From Halobacteriaceae archaeon (GTDB taxonomy: Archaea > Halobacteriota > Halobacteria > Halobacteriales > Halobacteriaceae), in the NCBI GenBank assembly GCA_042216675.1, contig JBDGTS010000017.1, positions 1 to 44,108 on the forward strand: 44,108 nucleotides of DNA. The letters run 5' to 3'. Below are positions 37,507-44,108 of the stretch, in pieces. Position 1 is the first letter of the stretch. Each line of letters begins with the position of its first letter. The position numbers were made by a program, and so were the translations under genes. The notes below the pieces were generated by a model. The model was not told the origin of the DNA, searched no databases, and worked only from the letters and a program-made list of their open reading frames with translations.

Positions 37507-38406
37507 TCACGCCACGAACGCGCCGTAGCGCAGGTCCGCGAGGTACAACTGACCGTCATAGCGGACGAGCCACGTGCCCGACGCGTCGCCGCTGACGACG
37601 GCCCGCCGCGCCCGGAAGCGTTCGAGGACGGCCGCGAACGCCGCGTCGTCGGTGGAGTCGGCGTAGTAACTGCCGCCCGCCGCCTCCTCGACGACTGAGC
37701 GCTCGGCGTCGCTGAGATTCGCGAGCGTGAACGCGTACGTCGAGCGGAGGTGGGCCGCGTACGCCGACGCGTTCGGCGCGACGCGGGCGGCGTCGTATCG
37801 GTACGTCTTCACCTCGACGGCACGGGGTTCCTCGACCCGAATCGGGTAGCGCTCGCCCTCGAAGACGACGACGCCGTACTGCTGGGTCGGCGCCAAGACG
37901 GAGACGTTCAGTTCCCCATCGGTGTACACCGACCCGACGCCGATTTCGAACGACCCTGTCTCGGGCGGGTGGCGCGGCGGGAGGAGTGCGTCGAGTGCCG
38001 CCCTGTCGGGGGCTGGCAGGTCCTCGTAGGCGATTGCGGTAGCGTTCGGTGCCGACCCGTCGTAGTCGATGGATATGCCGACCATGTTCGCTTCGCGGCT
38101 GTCAACGACGCTCCACTGCAGGTCGTAGTAGGCGCCGTCCACGCGGAACGGGAGACCCTCGGAGACTGGTGGCTGGAGACCCGTGACTGTCGTCGAGCCA
38201 TTCGTCGCGGCGGCGCGAACGACCGCCGCACGGGAGCGGTCGCTCTCGACCCGTTCAGGTGGTCCCGTGGCCGGGGCTCGGCTCGCCGCCGCCGCGAGTT
38301 CGGTGCCGTTCACGGGCCGCATCTCGATGGATCCGGCCGCCGAACAGCCACCGAGGACCGCGAGGACGGCGAGCACACCGACCGCGAGGGCGAATCGGCG
38401 CTGCAC
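37507..38406 (-). CDS. Lipoprotein of unknown function with internally repeated motif
   Basis: QRRFALAVGVLAVLAVLGGC lipobox; repeated AYEDLPAPDR/TLANLSDAER and VDGAYY/FEGERY/YDGQLY units. Confidence 0.8.
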   Translation of the reverse strand: MQRRFALAVGVLAVLAVLGGCSAAGSIEMRPVNGTELAAAASRAPATGPPERVESDRSRAAVVRAAATNGSTTVTGLQPPVSEGLPFRVDGAYYDLQWSVVDSREANMVGISIDYDGSAPNATAIAYEDLPAPDRAALDALLPPRHPPETGSFEIGVGSVYTDGELNVSVLAPTQQYGVVVFEGERYPIRVEEPRAVEVKTYRYDAARVAPNASAYAAHLRSTYAFTLANLSDAERSVVEEAAGGSYYADSTDDAAFAAVLERFRARRAVVSGDASGTWLVRYDGQLYLADLRYGAFVA

Positions 38407-38478
38407 ACCGCTAGATTCGTGGGCGGACGGGGAGTAGCTTGGGGAGACGCAAGCGACAATTTGAGGACCGAGACGCGC

Positions 38479-39177
38479 TCACGACCCGAATCGAGCGACG
38501 ACGGCCCGCCGGATGCGGTCACGTTCGAGGTAGGAGAGCGCCGACCCGACGGCGAGCAACAAGACGAGCGTGACGCCGCGGTACAGGCGCTCGTCGCCGA
38601 TTTGGGCGCCCGAGAGGACCGCCACCGCGTAGGCCGGTGTGCGCCCGAGGACGACGACGGCGAGGAACTGCCGACGGGAGAAGCCGCTGATGCCACAGGC
38701 GAAACACACCACGTCGTCGGGCAGGCCCGGGAAGAGGACGAGGACGGTGACGCCACCGACGCCGAGCTTCGAGACGAGGGCGTCGTAGCGGTCCACCACG
38801 TCGGGGGCGAAGACGGCAGTGACGTAGCGGCGGCCGTAGCGGCGCGCGAGCCAGAACGCCACGAAACTCCCGATGACGACGCCGCCCATCGTGACGGCGA
38901 ATCCGAGCGCCGCGCCGAACAGATACCCGCCGGCGATGCCCAACACCTGCCCGGGAATCGGCACGACGACGATCTGGACGACCTGAAGCGCGAGGAAGGC
39001 GAGCGGACCCACCGGACCGAACGCCGTGACGACCTGCCGGACGGATTCGGCGTCGTGGAGCGTCGGGACGCGTGGCGCCACGACGACGACGAGGAGTCCA
39101 AGCGCGACGGCGGCGACGGCGAGGTGGAGGCAGAACCGCCGGCGCTGTTCCCGGGAGGCGAAGACGCGGGGTATCAC
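38479..39177 (-). CDS. TVP38/TMEM64 (DedA superfamily) membrane protein
   Basis: QIVVVPIPGQVLGIAGGYLFG, FWLARRYGR, LFPGLPDDVVCFACG, LGRTP. Confidence 0.92.
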   Translation of the reverse strand: MIPRVFASREQRRRFCLHLAVAAVALGLLVVVVAPRVPTLHDAESVRQVVTAFGPVGPLAFLALQVVQIVVVPIPGQVLGIAGGYLFGAALGFAVTMGGVVIGSFVAFWLARRYGRRYVTAVFAPDVVDRYDALVSKLGVGGVTVLVLFPGLPDDVVCFACGISGFSRRQFLAVVVLGRTPAYAVAVLSGAQIGDERLYRGVTLVLLLAVGSALSYLERDRIRRAVVARFGS

Positions 39178-39225
39178 TTCGACTAGTTCCCACCGGCGCC
39201 CGCCGCAAGGTCCTTTGGGCGGCCG

Positions 39226-40026
39226 CTACTGCGTCCCGGGATCGCGCGACTCGAGGAGTCCCTGTGCCATCAGGCGGCGGGCGACGACGACGAGGCCGTT
39301 ACCGAAACCCTCCCCGAAGATGGCCTGTTCGTCGCCCGACTCGGGGAGAATGGAACTGACGAGAATGGTCGAGCGGTCGACGAGCAGTAGCCGCCCGACG
39401 GCCGTCTCGTTCTCCGCGTCGGCACCGTGGAGCCATTCCAGCCCCGAGGCGAACGTCGTCGCGTCGGGCGCGGCCTCCTCGACCCGGCGCTTGACGGCGT
39501 CGTTCGTCGCGCCGACCAGCAGATCCACGTCGTCGAGTCCGCGCAGCGTCTCGGCGAGCGAATCGGTCACCAGCGACGGGTCGCCGACGACTAACACCAC
39601 CTCCTCGTCCGCCTCCGAGACGAGGTCGCTCGTTCGGTTCTCGATGGCTTGACCGCCCGAAATGGACCACACCTCCTGTACGGGCGCGTCCTCGGGGTCC
39701 TCGACCGGTTCGACGCGTTCGAGGGCCTGTTCCACGCGGCGCACGCGGGTCTCGTACTGACCCCGGAGGGTCTCAGTCGCCTCGTCGATGGGGACTGCCC
39801 GGAACTGCTGTGGGCTTGAGTGCTGTACCTCGACGAGTCCCTGCCCTTCGAGGACGCGAATCGCGTCGTAGACGCGCGTCCGAGGGACGTCGGTGATTTC
39901 GCTCAGTTCCTTCGCCGTCCCCGTCGCCATCCGGGAGAGCCCCACGAAGCATTTCGCCTCGTACTCCTTGAGGCCCAACTGCTGGAGTGTATCCACGGCT
40001 TCGTCGATGTGTTTCCTCGTGTCCAT
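39226..40026 (-). CDS. TrmB family transcriptional regulator
   Basis: LQQLGLKEYEAKCFVGL..GTAKELSEITDVPRTRVYDAIRVLEGQGLV, GRLLLVD; start at ATG 40026. Confidence 0.93.
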   Translation of the reverse strand: MDTRKHIDEAVDTLQQLGLKEYEAKCFVGLSRMATGTAKELSEITDVPRTRVYDAIRVLEGQGLVEVQHSSPQQFRAVPIDEATETLRGQYETRVRRVEQALERVEPVEDPEDAPVQEVWSISGGQAIENRTSDLVSEADEEVVLVVGDPSLVTDSLAETLRGLDDVDLLVGATNDAVKRRVEEAAPDATTFASGLEWLHGADAENETAVGRLLLVDRSTILVSSILPESGDEQAIFGEGFGNGLVVVARRLMAQGLLESRDPGTQ

Positions 40027-40275
40027 GTGTCCCAACCGTACTCCGACGGCCGGAGCGTCTCTAGAATCCCGGGTCTCGACACAAATAGACACCGGCCACA
40101 TCGTAACGATTCGAGTTAATCGGACACTGCCTTCGTCCGCCTTTCGGGGACTGAACGGGGTTCGAAAGAGACAGAATTAACTCGCTTAGTCACAAAAATC
40201 CTATACCGCACTGGGTCCAGAACGCTACTGGCGCGTGCCGAGCATCGTGTCCCAACCATGATCGGGCACGCGCCC

Positions 40276-40308
40276 ACCCAACTACCCCCGTAGTTGGGTC
40301 CCGGGACC
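40276..40308. repeat. Hairpin plus overlapping palindrome upstream of the second trmB
   Basis: ACCCAACTAC-CCCC-GTAGTTGGGT (10-bp stem, 40276-40299) and GGTCCCGGGACC (40297-40308). Confidence 0.55.
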
Positions 40309-40321
40309 GGAACGGAATTCC

Positions 40322-41083
40322 ACGACTTCTGACCAAAGCGAAACCCCGCGGTCCGACGCCATCGAACAGCTAGAGGAGTTCGGGCTGAGCGCCTACGCCG
40401 CCCGGACGTTCGTCGCACTCACGGGCCTCGGGAAGGGCACCGCGAAGGACGTGAGTCAGGTCTCCAACGTGCCCCGGACGCGCGTCTACGACGCCATCGA
40501 CGAGCTTCGGGACCGCGGCCTGGTCGACGTGCAAGACTCCTCCCCGAAGGAGTTCTGGGTCGTGTCACCGGACACGGCGGGTCGGACCTTCGAACGGGAG
40601 ATTCACCAGCGGACGGAGATCCTGCGGAACGCGCTCGACGACGTCGAACCGACGACTGACAACGGCAAGCAACAGGACGTGTGGACCGTCGGCGGGGAGC
40701 GAGCGGTGACGGCGCGCGTCGCCCAACTGTTCGACGAGGCAAAAGAGCAACTCACGTTCGCCGCGAAGGAAAGCCTGCTCACGGAGGACGTGATGGATGC
40801 GCTCCGGCGCGCCGCGGGCCGCGGCGTCACCGCCGCGGTGGGCGGCGACGCGGAGAAAGTCACGGACCGCGCGGAGTCGGCGATGGCGGACATCGAGACG
40901 TTCAAGACGGCGTGGGTCGGTGAGGCGACGCCGATGGGGCGCCTCGCGTTGGTCGACGGTGAGCAAACGCTTTTGAGTGCCCTTGTGGACGAGGGCGAGA
41001 GCGACCCCGCCGAAGTCGCCATCTGGGGGGCCGGCGAGCGGAACAGCCTCGTGACGGTGTTCCGTACCATCTTCGGTGGCTGA
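40322..41083 (+). CDS. TrmB family transcriptional regulator with apparent ACG in place of the start codon (possible pseudogene)
   Basis: The frame upstream of the track start (40451) continues as (T)TSDQSETPRSDAIEQLEEFGLSAYAARTFVALTGLGKGTAKDVSQVSNVPRTRVYD. No in-frame ATG/GTG/TTG between the TGA at 40259 and 40451. Confidence 0.8.
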   Translation, partial: TTSDQSETPRSDAIEQLEEFGLSAYAARTFVALTGLGKGTAKDVSQVSNVPRTRVYDAIDELRDRGLVDVQDSSPKEFWVVSPDTAGRTFEREIHQRTEILRNALDDVEPTTDNGKQQDVWTVGGERAVTARVAQLFDEAKEQLTFAAKESLLTEDVMDALRRAAGRGVTAAVGGDAEKVTDRAESAMADIETFKTAWVGEATPMGRLALVDGEQTLLSALVDEGESDPAEVAIWGAGERNSLVTVFRTIFGG

Positions 41084-41087
41084 CGGG

Positions 41088-41219
41088 TCACGCCGAGGCG
41101 TCGCCCAGTTCTGCCAGCGTCGAGCAGTTCGGACAGCCCCACACCTCGTCGTCGTTGTCGCCGAAGACGCGCGCGAACCGGGCCGTCACGAACGCGCCAC
41201 AGCGATTGCAGTCGGTCAT
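41088..41219 (-). CDS. 43-aa zinc-finger microprotein (DUF7563-like)
   Basis: Below the track cutoff. MTDCNRCGAFVTARFARVFGDNDDEVWGCPNCSTLAELGDASA*, with GGAGGG just upstream. Confidence 0.85.
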   Translation of the reverse strand: MTDCNRCGAFVTARFARVFGDNDDEVWGCPNCSTLAELGDASA

Positions 41220-41575
41220 CCGTCCCTCCGACCGGTCGCGTCTCGGTCGTCGGTTCCATCCGCGCCGGGAGTTGATTCGCCTCTCATCTGCATCCGTCCA
41301 CGCGAGTGGACGGCCCGGAATAGTGACCGGTCGTGAATAGTTATGCTCTCGTTTTCGACGGGCGTATCGAAGGATGGCGACCGAGTGTCACTCTAGTTCG
41401 TATCAACCCAACACTTATTAAAGAAGGCCGTCATGTACGCTACCGGATTCCCAATTCGAGCTAGTGATAGGTATGGGGCGGGAGAACGGGGGACGCCGCG
41501 GGGTGACGCCAGCAGTTGCGACCCGCGTGGCGGTTCTCACGCTCTCACGCCGGAATCCGGCGGGAGAACGCGCAA

Positions 41576-42121
41576 ATGACCACGCACGAATCCATCGAGA
41601 CCGACGCCGGGACGTCGCTTCCCGAGAGTGACGACCCCCCTCGCCTCGACGAAGTGTTCAGCATCCTACAGAACAGCCGGCGACGGCTCGTGCTCCGCTA
41701 CCTCGTCGAGCGAGCGGAGACGACACAGGGCGAGTTAGCCGAGCACATCGCCGCCGTCGAGAACGGCATCGACCGGGCGGAAGTCACCTCGACCCAGCGG
41801 AAGCGCGTCTACATCTCCCTGTACCAGTCCCACCTGCCGAAACTCGACGACGCGAACGCCATCGAGTTCGACGACAACCGCGGCACCGTGGAGCGGACGC
41901 CGCGAACGGAGGACTTCTGGGAGTATCTCGAACGCATGGACTCGCCGGACACGAACCGCGACGAGTCGATGGCCGCGGTGAACCTCGGCTGTGCGGCGCC
42001 TCTGGCCGGGGCCGCCAGCGTCGGCGTCTTCGTGGAGTTGGGCGTCGGGAGCGCTGGCGCGGGCGTCGCTCTTCTCACGGCAGTTGTCGGCGTGGCGTGG
42101 GTCGGTCTCCGCGTCCGCTAG
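41576..42121 (+). CDS. DUF7344-type winged-helix protein with C-terminal TM tail (copy 1)
   Basis: VFSILQNSRRRLVLRYL..LAEHIAAVENG..QRKRVYISLYQSHLPKLDDANAIEFD + hydrophobic C-terminus; start at ATG 41576. Confidence 0.85.
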   Translation: MTTHESIETDAGTSLPESDDPPRLDEVFSILQNSRRRLVLRYLVERAETTQGELAEHIAAVENGIDRAEVTSTQRKRVYISLYQSHLPKLDDANAIEFDDNRGTVERTPRTEDFWEYLERMDSPDTNRDESMAAVNLGCAAPLAGAASVGVFVELGVGSAGAGVALLTAVVGVAWVGLRVR

Positions 42122-42633
42122 GGGTCGAACTCGCTGACCGCGATGCGCTGTCGCGTCCGGTACTGCCACAGCCCCAGCACCGCCAGTCCGACTGCCAGCA
42201 CTGTGGTGGGCACAACCCACGCCGCGCCGACGACGGAGAGTGGCCCGAACAGCGACCCAACGGCGACGACTGCGAGGACCGCTGCCAGCGCGACGTAGGC
42301 GCCTCGCCACGACCGGTCGGGTTGCGTGTCGAGGAGCGTCAGTAGCTGTCGGGTCGTCGCGGTGTGTGCGATGCGGACGGTGCGGGTCTCCTCGTCGTAG
42401 TGGACGGCACCCGCGTCGGCGAGTCGCGGGACGTGATTCTGGTAGAGCGACACGTAGATGCTCTGGTACGTCGCGTCCTCGTCGCCGGACTCGTCCAATC
42501 GCTCGGCGAGGACGGTAGCGAGGGTTTGGAGGGACACCTCCTCGTCGCGTTCAGCGAGAATACCCAACACGTAGCGCCGTCGCTGATTGCTCAGCAACCG
42601 AAAGGCGGTGTCCGGGTCGAGGCGGTCTGCCAC
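42118..42633 (-). CDS. DUF7344-type winged-helix protein with C-terminal TM tail (copy 2)
   Basis: AFRLLSNQRRRYVL..YQSIYVSLYQNHVPRLADAGAVHYD + two TMs. Confidence 0.85.
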   Translation of the reverse strand: MADRLDPDTAFRLLSNQRRRYVLGILAERDEEVSLQTLATVLAERLDESGDEDATYQSIYVSLYQNHVPRLADAGAVHYDEETRTVRIAHTATTRQLLTLLDTQPDRSWRGAYVALAAVLAVVAVGSLFGPLSVVGAAWVVPTTVLAVGLAVLGLWQYRTRQRIAVSEFDP

Positions 42634-42670
42634 ACCCGAAGATTGTCGTCAGGAACCCTTCGTTAACCCA

Positions 42671-42958
42671 TCATTTATCCGCATCGGCGAGCGGTGCAAC
42701 CAGAACCGAATCGGCGGGGCAGACTGTCACGAGACAGTCGGCGTACTCGAACTCGAGGCGCAGTTCGGACGACGAGTCGGCGAGTGCGTCGAGGGCGTCC
42801 GGGTCGAGGACGTCGCGCAACGCGGGGAGATCTTCGACGTCGCTGTCGAGCGCGTCAGCGACGGCGAACAGGACTGCCGTGCTGAGTTCGGGGTGTGAGT
42901 CTGGGTCGTAACGATACGCGTCGCCATCGTACCTCCGACCGGACGTCTCGTCGATCAT
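42671..42958 (-). CDS. HalOD1 output-domain protein
   Basis: LSTAVLFAVADALDSDVEDLPALRDVLDPDALDAL..LEFEYADCLVTV; start at ATG 42958. Confidence 0.88.
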   Translation of the reverse strand: MIDETSGRRYDGDAYRYDPDSHPELSTAVLFAVADALDSDVEDLPALRDVLDPDALDALADSSSELRLEFEYADCLVTVCPADSVLVAPLADADK

Positions 42959-43006
42959 GCTCACTGTGCTTACCGAGATGCAGAGAGCCACGCAGTTTTA
43001 TGTTTC

Positions 43007-43040
43007 GACATCGTGATGTCACTCGATACCGAGTGACATC
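43007..43040. repeat. Nested perfect inverted repeats between DUF7344 copy 3 and HalOD1
   Basis: GATGTCACTCG-ATAC-CGAGTGACATC (11-bp arms, 43015-43040) overlapping GACATC-GT-GATGTC (43007-43020). Confidence 0.7.
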
Positions 43041-43048
43041 CCCGCGCG

Positions 43049-43600
43049 TCAGCCGAGCAGACTCCGCACGTAGAGCCACCGCCTGCGCCACGTCTGATAC
43101 GCGGCGACGACGGCGAAGACGCCGAGCGAGAGGGTCAACACCGCCAGCGTCTCCACGGCGGCGAACACGGCAACGTCGAGTTCCGCGAACAACGCGGCGA
43201 GGAGCGTCGTCACGGCGAGCAGTTGGTAACACTCCCCAGCCGAGAAGCCGTAGGGGCCGCGCACCCGGAGATACCGGTCGATTTCGGGCGCGTTCGTCGT
43301 CAGCCGCACCTGCTTGGACGACTCGTCATAGGTCACCACGTCCAGCGCCGCCAGTTTCGGGAGGTGCGTCTGGTGGAGGGAGTTGTACACGCTCTCCGTG
43401 CAGGACTTGGGCGGCGGTCGCTCGCCGCTCTCGAACGCCGCGATGAACTCCGCGAGGTCCCGAAGGTGGACCTCGCCCGTGCGCTCGCGGAGACAGACCA
43501 GCGCGCGGCGCCGCCTGTCGTTCTGGAGCACGTCGTAAATCTCAGATTCGGCGAGGCGTCGACGCCCGAGGCGGAGCCGAACCGTGTCCGTCACGCCCAT
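43049..43600 (-). CDS. DUF7344-type winged-helix protein with C-terminal TM tail (copy 3)
   Basis: IYDVLQNDRRRRAL..LRDLAEFIAAFESGERPPP..SVYNSLHQTHLPKLAALDVVTYD + two TMs; start at ATG 43600. Confidence 0.85.
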   Translation of the reverse strand: MGVTDTVRLRLGRRRLAESEIYDVLQNDRRRRALVCLRERTGEVHLRDLAEFIAAFESGERPPPKSCTESVYNSLHQTHLPKLAALDVVTYDESSKQVRLTTNAPEIDRYLRVRGPYGFSAGECYQLLAVTTLLAALFAELDVAVFAAVETLAVLTLSLGVFAVVAAYQTWRRRWLYVRSLLG

Positions 43601-43895
43601 GCCGGCCCACCGTCCCTCTGGACGCGGCACCCACCCGTGCGGTCCCATCCTCGTGGTGACATCGTTGGACGAACCGTGCCCTCCCATCACCTTCAGTATC
43701 CAGTCGTTTTCGCGAAAAATGGCCGATTACCACTGACGACGGGGCGCTCCGGTCGCGCGGGACGGGCGTCAAATCACCGGTTAGAGCGACGCCATGGCGG
43801 TCAATCGCGCCGTTACGTCAGTAATCGATCGCATAGCAAAGCCCCTCGTGGCGGTACTGTGTGACACCTCGGCCCACCCGGTCGGGGACGAACTA

Positions 43896-44108
43896 ATGTC
43901 GAACGACAACGCAGACCGATTCGAACTGTCGCGGCGAAAGGCGCTCGCCGCACTCGGCACCATCGGCGCTGCCTCGGCAGGGGCAGGGCTGGGAACAAGC
44001 GCGTACTTCAGCGACCGGGAGACGTACGAGGGCAACACCCTCACCGCGGGGTCGCTCGACCTGAAGGTGGACTGGGAGGAGCACTACTCCGACTGGTCCG
44101 ACGACGAG
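43896..44108 (+). CDS. Tat-exported protein with SipW-type cleavage motif (TasA/CalY-like fibre subunit candidate); runs off window end
   Basis: Not in the track. MSNDNADRFELSRRKALAALGTIGAASAGAGLGTSAYFSDRETYEGNTLTAGSLDLKVDW: twin-arginine motif, then TSA|YFSDxE..N.LTAG.LDL. Confidence 0.88.
   Translation, partial: MSNDNADRFELSRRKALAALGTIGAASAGAGLGTSAYFSDRETYEGNTLTAGSLDLKVDWEEHYSDWSDDE

Noticed and set aside
1-44108. Prophage, IS element or integrative island
   Set aside because: No transposase, integrase, capsid, terminal inverted repeats or tRNA attachment site recognised.

Overview
A GC-rich, gene-dense window whose acidic proteins point to a haloarchaeal (Halobacteria) genome. I see about 50 CDS or CDS remnants and no rRNA, tRNA, CRISPR array, transposase or integrase. 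From left to right: (1) a translationally coupled UvrD helicase + PD-(D/E)XK nuclease pair (AddAB/AdnAB-like) next to RNase HI; (2) a decayed FG-GAP repeat gene, a hybrid REC-PAS-GAF histidine kinase and a lone cytochrome bc subunit-IV-like gene; (3) a mixed block (VIT1/DUF211, stand-alone DEDD exonuclease, GIDE-like gene with an in-frame TGA, Na/Ca antiporter, cyclase, FAD oxidoreductase and pirin sharing a palindromic site, TetR, Rieske, aminotransferase, ABC exporter with HTH_10 regulator); (4) ADP-ribosylglycohydrolase + SRAP, DoxX, MBL hydrolase, MOSC, RDD; (5) a divergent glycerol cluster, glpK-membrane protein-Orc1/Cdc6-like ATPase versus glpABC-mgsA; (6) a regulator-dense block (two TrmB, three membrane-tailed DUF7344-type wHTH proteins, HalOD1, a Zn-finger microprotein) ahead of a Tat/SipW-type TasA-like secreted protein cut by the window end. 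Best leads: the regulatory block before the TasA-like gene, the helicase-nuclease pair lacking Fe-S cysteines, the Walker-B-variant Orc1/Cdc6 homolog in the glycerol cluster, and the ARH-SRAP pair. All family calls come from motif recognition by eye; no database search was run.
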